Assembly (NCBI GenBank): GCA_951406725.2
Contig: OX597815.1
Coordinates: 112,716,001 to 112,780,000 of the forward strand
From: Octopus vulgaris
Taxonomy: Eukaryota
Length of the DNA: 64,000 bases
Reading direction: 5' to 3'
Shown here: positions 1-13,105 of the stretch, one piece after another
Numbering within the stretch: the stretch's first letter is position 1
Layout of the letters: each line of letters opens with the position of its first letter
Notes under the pieces: generated by a model
Databases searched by the model: none
What the model was told of the DNA's origin: nothing
Seen by the model: only the letters and a program-made list of their open reading frames with translations
Program-made: the position numbers and the translations under genes

Positions 1-205
1 CACCTCTGTTTTTTTTTTATAGCACTATGCCTCTCTAGAAACTAGTGATAATGCATATAGTGGTGGCGATTGTCGACCGACCTCTTTTATTGAAAGAAAC
101 TTCAGTCAAAATATCCGGGAGAAGATATAAGAAAAAAAGGAAGACATATCTCCTTCATTTCTTACTTCAATTTCTCTTTTATTAGATTGCAGCGAAACAA
201 GTTTT

Positions 206-279
<74 letters not shown>

Positions 280-473
280 AAGATGAACAGGCAGACGGAC
301 GGACGGGTGGATGGATAAACGGACAGAAGAATGGATGGATGGATGAATGGATGGATAGACGGGCTGACGGACGGACGGATTGGTTGGATAGATAGGCAGG
401 CAGACAGCTAGGTGGGCAGGCAAGCACAAACAGACAGATAGACAGACAGATCAATCAATCATATACATCTATG

Positions 474-540
<67 letters not shown>
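206..540. repeat. Compound microsatellite (GATA)n / (GGAT,GGAC)n / (CA)n / (TA)n
   Basis: Directly visible tandem repeats. Similar blocks recur throughout the window (e.g. 4790-5170, 24210-24385, 30190-30870, 48140-48690, 63180-63262). Confidence 0.95.
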
Positions 541-542
<2 letters not shown>

Positions 543-1282
543 GCCTATATGATATTCATTATAAATCATAAATATTAATATATATATAATATACAGTATA
601 GTTTATAAATATATATATAATATACATTCCATATTTTTAGATCATAAACATATATGTGTGTGTGCATGAATGCGTGTGTGTACGTAACATCATAAGCAGA
701 TGATATAAATATATATTATGCATTATATGAGTATACAGATAATGTAATTATACACACACACACACGTGTGTGTACGTGCATGTGTGTGTGTGTGTGTGTG
801 TAAATTCATATCTTACATTTTGAAAACGTATTTACGTATGTGAATTTCTTTCCTATTTTGCAATATTTATGTGGAAGATTCTAGAATATCTCCCAGATTA
901 TGGTATACAATTGTAAAAGCCCCAGACAAACGAGTGAAATCTATATGTTAACTCCTCAAATTCTCACCTAGGCATACAATAGAGCAATAGCTATAAATTT
1001 AAAAGTTTTACAAAACGTGAGCAAAGTCTCGCCTGAGACTTTAAAAATAGAATTTAAATATTTTCTAATATAACCGGACATCCATCAACATTGGGTTACA
1101 ATTAAACCAGTCTCCAAAAAATCATCACTTTGTTAATTAAAGATGCACCTTGAAATAAAGATCGAAACTGAGATATTGGACCGCTTGAAATGTTTAGTAT
1201 GGTAGAGCCAGGAGAGAACACTTTATAACCATCCTGCAGAAATAAACTATATATACATATATTCCTATATATATATATATAT

Positions 1283-1653
1283 AGGCGTAGGAGTCGCTGT
1301 GTGGTAAATAGCTTGCTTACCAACCACATGGATCCGGGTTCAGTCCCACCGCATGGCATCTTGAGCAAGTGTCTTCTACTATAGCCTCGGGCCGACCAAA
1401 GCCTTCTGAGTGGATTTGGTAGACGGAAACTGAAAGAATCCCGTCGTATATATGTATATATGAATATGTATGTGTGTGTATATGTTTGTGTGTCTGTGTT
1501 TGTTCCCCAACCGATGCTGTTGTGTTTGCGTCACCGTAACTTAGCGGTTCGGCAAAAGAGATCGATAGAATAAGTACTAGGCTTACAAAGAATAAGTCCT
1601 GGGATCGATTTGCTCGACTAAAGGCGATGTTCCAGTATGGCCGCAGTCAAATG
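1283..1653 (+). mobile_element. tRNA-derived SINE, family 1 (octopus OK-like), with internal (TA/TG)n
   Basis: Head GGCGTAGGAGTCGCTGTGTGGTAA...GGGTTCAGTCCC with A/B-box-like motifs; tail TAAAGGCG...CATGGCCGCAGTCAAATG. Near-identical copies at 9269, 47731, 56833 and elsewhere in the window. Confidence 0.85.
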
Positions 1654-1654
1654 C

Positions 1655-2690
1655 GTGGTGTCTGCACGCAGGAAAAATATAGGAAAATGTGTTGTTGAAA
1701 ATGCACTTAAATTTCAAAAGCTCGTTTAAAATACATTTATTTACATATATACCAAACTAGTTTCAACAATATTTTTTGTGTATCAATGGTAAAAGTGTAA
1801 GATTAGAAAAACATTGTTATAAGTTTCAATGTTGACAAATTAAAATGTTTCAATGTTTTTAAATTAAAATGTCGCAATGTTGATTAATTATCATATTCAA
1901 AACAGAAGGTGTAAGTTTGAAATTAAAACTGTATATTGATTTGTTAGAATGTACAAGGTTCATTAATTTCAGTAGTGGTCGACAAGTCATACTGAAAAAA
2001 ACCAGTGTGAGAATTAAAATAGTAAAAAAAATGGGAAATTACGGTTTTTCAGATCTTTAAACGGTCGCTTCCGCTTGCAATAGTATGTTTTAGGGAAAGA
2101 TGTATTTATAAATTTTTATTCTGCGAGAGGATCTGATTTTGAATCCTTAAAAAAATGATGGCGTTTTTCTTCCGTGGTCAAGCTTGTCGTTCTGCTTGGT
2201 AGGTTTCCTTGCAGGATACGGATATAGGTTGTTCCACTTGGTTGGTTTTCTTAAAGGGTCTTTTCGTTGTATTCGTTGAAGTTCGGTTTTGATTAATTTG
2301 GAATTATGTGACGTCAGCAACTGGTGTTTGTGGAATTTCATTGAACTGGAGGTGGGTGACGTCAGCATCTTGTGTTTGTGTGGTGATTTGGAGCTGCGGT
2401 TTCGAAACCCGGGTGGAAGATTGTTACTAAAATTTTATTGTTTTTTGTGTTGAAATTGGGTGTTTTTTCTCTTCTTTATACTGCTTATCTTCTTTCTAAA
2501 GGATATTTAGCTGTGGTATATATTTTTTAATCAGTGTATTTTCCTTATTTAAGCGGAATTGGGTTGAAGTGTTTCCAGTGCATTGATAGAGAGGGAAGAT
2601 TTGGTATTTAGGGTTTTTGTCTACGGGGCATTGGTCTAGGTGCTGGCTAACGGGAATTTTCCTAGTTGAGGGGTCCTCAACTGTACATAT
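1655..2690 (-). mobile_element. Penelope-like element 3' remnant: C-terminal GIY-YIG half plus 3' pseudo-LTR with HHR-like motif
   Basis: ORF 2496-2714(-) DPSTRKIPVSQHLDQC...PKYQIFPLYQC...RLNKENTLIKKYIPQLN fits the C-terminal half of a PLE GIY-YIG endonuclease. Segment 1655-1795 is homologous (inverted) to 31186-31337 and holds an HHR-like motif at 1750-1791. Confidence 0.7.
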
Positions 2691-2877
2691 CCTCGCAGAC
2701 ATAACAAAGAACATTCATGAAAGAAGCAAACACACACACACACGCATACACACACACAAGACTCCTCGCAAACATGAGCACCAAGACAAACAAAAAAACT
2801 AATACCTCCACATAGAATGACATAAACATAGAAGCTGCAACAGACGCAAACATGCACCTACACAGTCTCTAACTCCA

Positions 2878-3295
2878 ACCTGTAGCTTTCGAAATCCAAC
2901 CAGCTACCCTCTAGGCGGATCTTGCGTCTCTAGAGCCACACTCACACCATCCGATGGCATCACAGGGCACTACACGGGCATGACGGCCAATGACTTCAAA
3001 GTAAGGTGCACACAGCATGTACACTTACTTGCTTAGGTGCATGGAAAGAGAGAATTCAACTACTTTTTCTCGTTTCGTTTGAGGACTTTGCGCCTTCGGA
3101 CTGAAACCACGAACAGCGAATGGACCATCATTGTGAGGTCCCCACCTTACTTACCTGGCACCCAGAATTCCCATCTCTTCCTCCGCGAAGAGCTACATAT
3201 CCTCAACCAGCCTGAACTATCTATGGACGATAAATACGAGCTATCTCTTTGCTACCATCAGATATACGCCCTTCTGGTGATCTTTAAACCCCTGA
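2878..3295 (+). pseudogene. Degenerate Naiad-like PLE GIY-YIG endonuclease fragment
   Basis: Manual translation TCSFRNPTSYPLGGSCVSRATLT...HYTGMTANDFKVRCTQH, then (frameshift) EWTIIVRSPPYLPGTQNSHLFLREELHIL. Parallels the EN ORF at 37289-37708. A ~55 bp direct repeat lies at ~3228-3290 and ~4100-4152. Confidence 0.7.
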
Positions 3296-4788
3296 CTGCT
3301 GACAGCACAGATATAACACCTTAACATTTGCTGTACCTCAACACTGGCCAACTCACAAGCAAGGTTAGGGTTTCAGAACATAAATGCCTACACATACCAC
3401 ATGTCAAGCCCCCAACTTTATGCATCCACTATAACACTCTGCATTTGTCTCCGTAAACCTAGGCGTGCGCACGCAAACACAAACACACATTCACACATAT
3501 ATGTACTGATAACTTTCCTCTCTCTTATCCTCCATCCACACCACCAAACCTCTGACAAACGCCTGTACCCCAACACACACTCACCAGCAACGCTGTTGCA
3601 ACTATACTAGCATACAGCTGTCAAACACGCACAATAAATGCAAAAAGCATGTACACACACACATAAACACACTCTCGCACACACATAAACACACTCTCGC
3701 ACACACACACACACACAGACACATACACACACACTCACACGTGCTTTAAAGCACACACAGGCACGCATGTATCCTCTTCCATAAAACATGCACATTCATA
3801 CGTTTACGCACAAACTCCAGAATGTGCATACTCACGCTCACTAAATAACTAATTATCCATACGCATGCACACACGTCCATGGATCCTAAACTCGTTCTCG
3901 TACACTAAGGGACACGTATTCATACACAGCACGCACACACGCGCCCACTTAGACAACGAATAGCAAACATGCGACTGACACATACACTTACACAGCTGAC
4001 ACGTACAGCTACGCATTTGTCCACGAGAGTTCTCACTCACAGCTAATACGCATCCGCACCAATTCGCACACACACCCTACAAAACACACATATCCGCATC
4101 AATAATACGAACTATCTTATTGCTACCACCAGAGATACAACCTTCTGGTGAACGTCTAACATGCCAACCCTCACTTGTCAGCTTACACACAACCACATCC
4201 TTTTATACATGCGCACGCACACACACACACACATAACGTACACTCAGACATAGACATCAGACAACCACATACACGCACCGATTTATCTGGTATGCATATA
4301 CACACACCCTCACAGGCCATGCTTCTTGTCGGCTTCCAAGTCCCATCATAGTAATATAGACGTCAAACGAAATAATAATATTTTGAAATCATTTGATACG
4401 TACATTTCAGGTCTGTATAATATGCAGTAGGAAATGCATCTATTACGTAACTCCTTTCTCAGCTAAAACATTTCAAAATGTCAGTTGATGGAAATATTTC
4501 AATATATATGATCAGAGCAGTAAGTCACCGTCCCTCTCTTTCTTTATTTCTATCTCCCTTATATCTCCCTCTCTATACATATTTATCCTCCCAACTTCGT
4601 AGCCAGTTTACTGTTCTGACCATATTTATGGAATTCTTTCCATCAACTGTTTTCATATTTTGCAATGTTTCAACTGAGGAACGGTTTACGCAATGGATGC
4701 GTTTCCTATTATATATTTCGCAGACCTGTTATATTGGATTCAAATGGGAAATTCTGGTACCATACGCTATATATGTATCATGAAAAAC

Positions 4789-4876
<88 letters not shown>

Positions 4877-4966
4877 AGAGTGAAAGAGACAGAGTTAGAG
4901 AGAGAAATATGGATGTACATATGCACGCATGTGCATGCATTTGAATATGAATGCGTATAAGCATTT

Positions 4967-5012
<46 letters not shown>

Positions 5013-5083
5013 GTTGGTGAATGGGCGTCTTATATGCATATACATACGCATACAAACGAATGTTTGCATGTTTAAAGATAGTT

Positions 5084-5171
<88 letters not shown>

Positions 5172-8100
5172 CAAACAACATATGTGAGATATGAAATGTT
5201 TTATGTTCAAACTTACTTATATAGAGGAAAAATGCAAATTTTCTTTGCCAAATTAACTTATGTAAATAGAAGCTTTGTTCGTTTAAGGTTGTTTCATCAG
5301 AGTATCGTTAAGAGCAAGAAAACATTGAATCAATATGCTGTACGAAAGTACTTGCTTTCTGACTGTTTGTTTAATTTTCCACACATCTGCATGGTATCAT
5401 TATTATTTTTTTTTTGTCATTTGGTGGAGACCCTCACAGAATTTTTTTCGTATGCATTAAGTTAATTAGAGAACACAATATAACATAATAAAGAATGAAG
5501 TAAAACTAAACACAATAGTTGCTACTTAATGAATTGTTCTTGTTTTGTTCTGTTTTTTACTTGCGGTTATAGGCAAACATGCAATATAACTGCATTCATC
5601 GGTATACGTATGTCCTTAACACTACCAGATTTTTTCTTTGTTTTTTTTCCTTTTTTTCGTTTTTTTTTTTTGCACAGTTTGTAATGCTCTATTTTACTTT
5701 GGGACATACCACATATTTACTGCTGAAATGTGAGAAGTATCATCAACAAAACTACTTCGATATATTATTGTTGCGTATAGGAGCGAACTAGGATCTTCTA
5801 CTTGGTCACAATACTTGCAACATTTTTCAGCATAATTTCCACCAGACTGTACCCTTTCTACTTAAAATAAATATGATATATAGAATCATGCAGTCTAGAG
5901 ACACTATGTCATAAAGACAAGACGAGAGTTTCATATCTAGAATGGCCTTCCTCATACGTCTGTTCAATGAAGGCTACGCGATAATGGCAGTGGCCAATAG
6001 GTGCTCTATTTATCAGCGGCAGTAGGCGTGAAATACAAAGTCAAATCTTGTTGGATTTAAAATTAGAAAGTCGTGAAATGAAACTAAATACTGTAAGAGA
6101 TTTAGTCTAGTGCTCTACCACTTACGTAACTACAATTATCGCATGATATGTCTGCAATAGATTAGTGAATAGACTTTCCACATAATACCAGTTCTCCCGA
6201 AAACTTGAAGAATCAGGAACATTGATACTCTTCCGCCTCCTCAATCGGTTGCCTCGATTTGCTGCTTAAGTGGATACACATCAACTAGAAATAAAAAAAG
6301 AAATAGCATTAAATGAAATATTGATTTTGAAATACGATAACTTAGCTATGTTGGGGGAAAATAATTTTGAATTGTGATGCTCCTATTTTACAAGTATATT
6401 CTTCAAGTGTAAATGAACTTAAAGGACCTCAATTGAAAATCGAAACGTTGTTGCTAAGAAATTCTGGTATGAGCTCCGTGCAAGCAAATCATTCCTTTAT
6501 ATATATATTACCTCTCACACAAAACTAAACATTTTTCTAAAAGTTTCTAGCCTTCTCTCATAAATATTTATTTGTTTTCTTTCCTGCCCATTTGACACAA
6601 AGATCAATATCTCTGTGGAGAAGTGAGGAGTATAATCAACTGGATTTTACTTAAAATAACTTATACTTAATTTATCTAGCACGGGGTAATGGAACATAAG
6701 ATTGATTCTTAAACATAACCACACAGATATTATCTGTAATCTTTTTTAAAATTCAAGTAGATTGGTGTTTACAGGCGCTATTGTTACTTTCTTCTTAACA
6801 CTGACACCATTTAGTAAGTTATCCGACACTAACTTAATTACTCTAAAAAGTTTGGCCTCTGTGACACAGTGTATTTCGGTGCTGATGATAGATCTTCTAA
6901 AATTAGACGAAAGGTATTTCAAAAATTAAACCAATACCTTTAAAACTATTATCCTATCTTTTGAGTTCAAAATCTTAGAAGAAAATGCCCTCAATACAGA
7001 TCGACTAAAGATGGTAAGAAACCTGAATTGAATAATCATACCTACGATGGCGAGTTGTAGTTGTCCATTGTTCCGTTTTCAAATTATTAGAGGAGTAAAT
7101 GTGAAATAATTTCAGATTAAAATGAAACCTTATTGCATACATCTGGTCAATGTTTATGTCTTAGACTGAGGAGGGAGGGCAGCAACCTTGTGAGAAAGAA
7201 GTTACCCCGCGTCAGGAGATCTGGCCCGAATCCTTGCAGCGGAGTAGAATCGGATAAAAGCACGCTCGGACCATAAGTTGGCGTTAAGTACGTCAACGAA
7301 TTAAGCCTACTGCCCATCACCAACAACAAAAACACTTAACTTTATTCTACAGGTATCTGATATTTTGTTGTTCTCTTTCAAAGACATTTTTTAACCATCT
7401 TTTATTTTGAATCATTGCCTGGTACTTCAGATGTTGGATGGATGCATAAATGTTTGTTAGCGTTTCTTCCTCCAAGATGTTATAAAACAGTGCCGTCTTA
7501 TTTTCTAATATCATGTATCTTATAAGTAGAATTGTACTACTGAATCATGAATTTATTACCATCTTCGTACATACGAACGGAAATATAAGCACTTCGCTTG
7601 CCGCAATCCAGTACAGTCAGACTATTCTGATAAAATCTATGCATATCAATATATTTTGTTGCAACAATACAATAAACTTATGATTTATGTCAGTAATGAA
7701 CCTTGTTGATTTTGTTATAAACATAACCCGTAACTTTTTTAACATCATGACCTGGTCCACGGTGAGGTGCTTTCAGTGACTACACCATTGCAAATATTTG
7801 GGACAGGTTTCTAGTCTAAGTATACTCTCCACTCACCAGTCACAAAGACTACAAAGTTATGGGGGCTCTCCTTTCACCTTTCACTAAAGCATTAAAAAAA
7901 TATTTGGATTGTCATGGTTCTACTGCTGAATACATTGTCTACAGACTAGGCGAGTCGACTTCGTGAACGAACTCAACCTCACTGCAAGATACACTCACTT
8001 CAGAACTGAGGTAACCACAAGAGCTTTCGGAGTGCTCGTCAGTTTCGTATTGCTAACGAAATAAACTGAGAGCTACAGAAGTATGTAATGTTGTGGTGTG

Positions 8101-8408
8101 GACAAGATACCATCTACCGAATTTTCAGCTAAGATGTGATGGAAGTCCGATAACTAAAAAGCCAACATTAGAATAAATTAGTTTCCAGTGAGAAAGAAAA
8201 GGAACCGTAGGATGTTCGATGCGTGATCTTCGTCGGGAAGTGTTATCATTGATGGCACTCTTACGCCATAATAGTTTCCATAATTCTATTACAAAGATGT
8301 GTTTTTGGCACATATTTTTAAATAATATTTACTGTCTACCGAGATTTATTGCCTACTGAAATAAACAACGAGTACACTAAATCTTCATCGACGAAAAATT
8401 ATATATAT

Positions 8409-8444
<36 letters not shown>

Positions 8445-9268
8445 TGGCAATATTGAACGGAAGAAAGGAAACCATATGCAAGAGTAAAGTACGTTCTTGA
8501 ATTAACCAAATATATAAACCTAAATTGCCAAAATGTCAATCGAAAAAGAAGATCATGCAAAAAAAACACTATACTCTGTTAATATTATCTTAATCTGATG
8601 TTCAACAGCTAGATAAGACAGACACATTGAGATTAAGGTATTAAGATGAATCATCCAAAGCGTAAATAAAGGTACTAAAAACCGGAAAGAAAAGTAGAAA
8701 CAAACAAATGCCATATGTTCGCTCAGATTTGAGTTCAACCAAGTACATATAAAATACCCTAATTACTGAATTTATTTAGATTCTATAGTGTTACATATTT
8801 CTTCTAGTTTCACGTCGCTGCTTTGCATTCTTTTCTGTTTGTCGAATTTTTTCCTTTTATTCTTCTATGTCTACTTCTGTTTTTAATTCTTATTCCCATA
8901 GTAATCACAAACACGTGTCACAGCTGGTCGCTAATCTCTATTGAGCAAGCAAGAAAAAAAAAAGGAAAATATTTATAATCATTAGACATTTTAATGTAAA
9001 CATTGTTTTTATTCACTGCATAAGGCAGCCGCCGGTCGATTCCATTCATATGCATAATGAAACATTAAAACAATAACTTTCTAACCATTTTCAGTATACA
9101 CACGTGTTTCATCTTCACGAACACATCATAAATGATCTTTAAACGACTACATATATAATAAGTATGCAAATGAAAATTATGATCTCACAAGTTGCTCTAG
9201 ACATCACGGAGTTTATCCTAATAAAACATATGATTGAAATAATTCAGACAGTGTAACACACTGCACAT

Positions 9269-9670
9269 AGGCGCAGGCGTAGCTGTGTGGTAAGTAGCTT
9301 GCTTACCAACCACATGATTCCAGGTTCAATCCCACTGGGTGACACCTTGGGCAAGTGTCTTCTACTATACCCTCGGGCCGACTAAAGCCTTATGAGTGGA
9401 TTTGATCGACGGAAACTGAAAGAAGCCCATCGCATATACATATATGTGTGTGAGAGTGTGTGTTTGTATGTTTGTGTGTCTGTGTTTTTCCCGTCCCCCC
9501 ACCATCTTTGACAACTTATGTTGGTGTGTTTTCATCCCTGTAACTTACGGGTTCGGTAAAAGACTCCGATGAAGTAGAATGAGTCCTGGGGTCGATTTGT
9601 TCGACTGAAGGCGGTCCTTCGGCATGGCCGCAGTCAAATGACTGAAACAAATAAAAGATTAAAGAGAGTA
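9269..9670 (+). mobile_element. tRNA-derived SINE family 1, full length
   Basis: Homologous to 1283-1653; B-box-like GGTTCAATCCC; tail ATGACTGAAACAAATAAAAGA. Confidence 0.85.
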
Positions 9671-11691
9671 TATGTTCAGTTGCGAAATTGTTTTCTGTAT
9701 GTTTTTAGGGTTTATATTTTCTGTATATTTTATTGTTTTTATTTTTGTTGCTTGAAAATGTCGTGTACTGAAAGAAGGCGGTCGAGTGATAAGGTTGTTA
9801 GAACATGTGTCTACTTCTTGCAGTAATAGTTGCAAGTGCAAGGATCGAAATTTCTTTTGCACCTCCCTCTCTCTCTCTCCCTCTCACACACACGCACACA
9901 CCTTTCGTGGCAATCGGTTACACTGTATTGTGATGTGTACATGGACGATCACACACACGTTATACCTTGCTTTTTAGAAGTGAACGAGGAATGGTAGTAG
10001 GGTTAGTTACCTCTTCTTATCTAGCATTCTACAGAAACTAGTGAAGTTATGTGTGAAGGAATAGACATGTTTTGTAGTATTGAATGGTAGTACAAACAAC
10101 ACATAATTTGAAAAACGTTATTAAAACTAAATGAAAAATTAGAATAAAATCCATTGAGTTCATTCATATACTTTATACTTTAAAATTCTGTGAGAAGGTA
10201 ACAAGTAAGAATTCTAAAAGAACTAGCATAAGAATGTGCAGCCCATACTTTCGAACTGATATGACTTGGTAGAAAATACCACGCTTTCGCTAATTGTTTA
10301 AGTGGCTGTATAATCGTGAGCTGACGAAGACATCCTTTCAATCGTTCAACCTTTAACCCAGCGGATCACCTTACTGTATCTGTCATACACATGTAGTCAT
10401 TGTTTTCAGTTGAGAATAAACTAGAACAACGTGACATGAGATGGATGGCTCAATGATACAACAGATGAACGTGTGCTCAAAATTCTGACGTCCCTTCAAT
10501 GAACCAGTATGATATAAGAAAAAGGGTCTAGCAATATTCACTATCCTCAGTCTTCCACTATTCAATTACATCCAAATCTGTCGAGATTTTGTTTGCCTGT
10601 TATCAGAAGTAGGTGAAGATCAAACATGAATGCAACGAGTGAGAGTCGGAAATTTCGCTCGACTGGTCTTCCATATCCACAGAATTGTAGAGTTCTAGGT
10701 GAAAGAGGAAAGCTCTTTTGTATCCTCTCTGGGTCCTGCTGACTTTATCACTACTTCAGCTGCTCCTCTCTGTGGGTTTTATTTAAATGTGTTACAATTG
10801 GACATTTACCCAGGACCATCAGTCACAAATCCCTTGTTTCAGCATCCTCAATTGAGTACATCCCCAATATGGCTTGATAATTTTAAGGTTTCATTAGGAT
10901 GTTCAGGTCCATTCTACTTCCTCACGACTACACGTCACCTTTCGTCACTTCTGCGTTGATCATTCACTTATACTGCGATATAAAGCTGATAATAAGCTAC
11001 TGATCAGCATCGATACAGATGCGCCAAATCTCGCCTATAAAATTCTCTACTCCAGATATTGGGGTTCATGTGTATGGATGATGGCGTGTTTCACCATTGC
11101 AGTCTGCAACTCGGTAAGTCATGCTGCAGTCAGTCGTGGTAATTTCGTTCCATATTTCGCGTAAAGCTTCTCCTAATTCATGTTTTGTTTGTTACTGGAA
11201 TCCTGCACCGTTCAAAGAGCACGAATAAATTAATTTATGCTTTTAACGTTCTGGCATGTGTTTGGAGGCGGAGTAAATCTGACGCGAATTTCACGGTGCT
11301 CTCAATGGTCTTGTCCAGAGTGTTCATTTGGTTTGTCATGCGGGCAAAAGAGATTCCATCTTTAATTTTCATTATGTTTTGGTACAATGTAGGTGTGAGA
11401 ATGATATGGTTGGCAATAGAGCTGCGAGCAATTTTTATACGAGCAATGCTCTCTACGAAATTGCCATTAATATTCTTGTTGTCTTTTGTTTTGTAATTTC
11501 TTTGCAAAAAGTTGTTTTCTCCTTTGTATATATATTGGGTTTGCTAACTTTCTTCATTCTGCAATCTTTTTTCTTACTTCGAGATGCCTAGCTCGAAAGT
11601 TTTCAAGTCATTTTCTTTTTGTCTTAAATTTTATATAGACAGCATGACAAAAATATAATCGGTCTAATAAAATAGGTAATTTATTATATAA

Positions 11692-12010
11692 CTAGCAGTA
11701 TCACCCGGCGTTGCTTTAGAATTTGAATTTTTGAAAAGTAAAATTTTGCATTATGTAGCTTGTTATTCTCTTTAAATGAACATTTTTCTGGTTGAAAGAG
11801 ACGAAAAATGGCGACAGTCAAAAGATCGTTAAAAAATAGGGATTTTCATAGAAAAAAAGCACCTTGTTGATGTAAATAATTTTTGGTGTTAACATGGTCT
11901 ATCATACTTTCAATTTTGGTCAACTTGCGCCGCAGGGTCTCGGAGGAGTGTTAGTTGAAGGCTACCAAACCTGCCATACACAGACAACTTCAGCTTTATA
12001 TATATATAGA
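11692..12010 (-). mobile_element. Non-autonomous Helitron
   Basis: Minus strand begins TC(TA)nAAAGCTGAAG and ends GCAACGCCGGGTGATACTGCTAG, inserted between A and T. These are canonical Helitron termini (5'-TC, 3'-CTAG, AT target). Confidence 0.75.
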
Positions 12011-12014
12011 TAAT

Positions 12015-12425
12015 TGGTATGTCTTCACAAAGTCCAAAAGATTAATACGAAAAAACCTTCCAGGCTACATCCCGAAAATTCATTTCTTTGCCGAATTTCT
12101 ACAATGTTTACAGCGATTCGTTTTTATATCTTGATTTTTTATTTTTTCATGCAATTTACGCATGCTTGCACGCGTGGTGAACACAGTTCACGTGAAGCAG
12201 CTGACTGAGTAAAGTTCACAATTCAATGCATGGTATAAGGCCTAAACAAACACATTATCGATTTTTGCACTTGCGAGTTCAATTTTCATTCGCCTAAACT
12301 TTAAGTGACCCATTTTGGTGGTTGTACGATTTGTTGGCTAGGAGGAGATGTGCTGGGAAGTTAAACACACAGACACACACACAGATACACACACAGACTC
12401 ACAAGTTGAGTTTTATATATATAGA
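12015..12425 (-). mobile_element. Second Helitron-like 5' segment in tandem with 11692-12010
   Basis: Minus strand starts A^TCTATATATATAAAACTCAAC followed by (TG)n, the same 5' architecture as the adjacent Helitron. No 3' CTAG of its own was seen. Confidence 0.5.
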
Positions 12426-12591
12426 TAAAGAGAGCTCTTCATTTTCATTTTAGGTCATCATGTCGTGCACACATTGTAGGATGCATGTGTTTCGAGTACT
12501 TTCATCAGACGGGAAGACATGATGGGTATTTTAGACCTCGTATATCTATGCCCCAGTGTCACTTCGATTACATGTACTGCTCTCTTACTCA

Positions 12592-12609
12592 GTATTATTA
12601 ATAATAATG

Positions 12610-12670
<61 letters not shown>

Positions 12671-12695
12671 GAAGAAGAAGAAGAAGAAGAAGAAG

Positions 12696-12734
<39 letters not shown>

Positions 12735-12752
12735 AATAATAATAATAATAAT
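12592..12752. repeat. Compound trinucleotide microsatellite (TAA)n(GAA)n(CAA)n(TAA)n
   Basis: Directly visible; source of the poly-N/K/I/L pseudo-ORFs. Confidence 0.95.
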
Positions 12753-13105
12753 AGTTTCAAACTTTGGCAAAAGGCCAAGAATTTTGGGGGAGGGGTAGCT
12801 TGATTAAATCAACCCGGAATGGATGAAAGGCAAAGTTGGCCTCGATGGGATTTGAAATCAGAATGTAAAAACGGACGAAATGCCTCAAAGCATTTAGTCC
12901 GGCGTGCTAAGGATTCTGCCTGCTCGAATAATAATAATATTCGAGAGAGGGAATTGGCTGATACGATTAGTCGCAGTACTTTACTAATACTTCATTTTAT
13001 CGACACCGGAAGGATGAAAGGAAAAGTTGATGTCTATGGTATTTAAGCTCTGAACGTAAGAAAGTGGAACAAATACCACCAAGTATTTCGTATGACGATC
13101 TAACT
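12753..13105 (-). mobile_element. Two tandem degenerate copies of tRNA-derived SINE family 2 (octopus OR-like)
   Basis: Reverse complement matches 45531-45748 (GGCAGAA..TTAGCACG..; CTTTGCCTTTCATCC core). Confidence 0.7.

Noticed and set aside
1283-1360. tRNA genes at SINE heads
   Set aside because: They are multi-copy SINE heads without a complete cloverleaf.
10380-11600. Minus-strand ORF remnants (e.g. 11235-11507) possibly LTR-retrotransposon gag-like
   Set aside because: No diagnostic motif recognisable by eye; needs an HMM search.
12478-12512. CTGATGA-AAGTACTC-GAAAC on the minus strand
   Set aside because: Stem II is too short and mismatched, and there is no stem I or NUH triplet.
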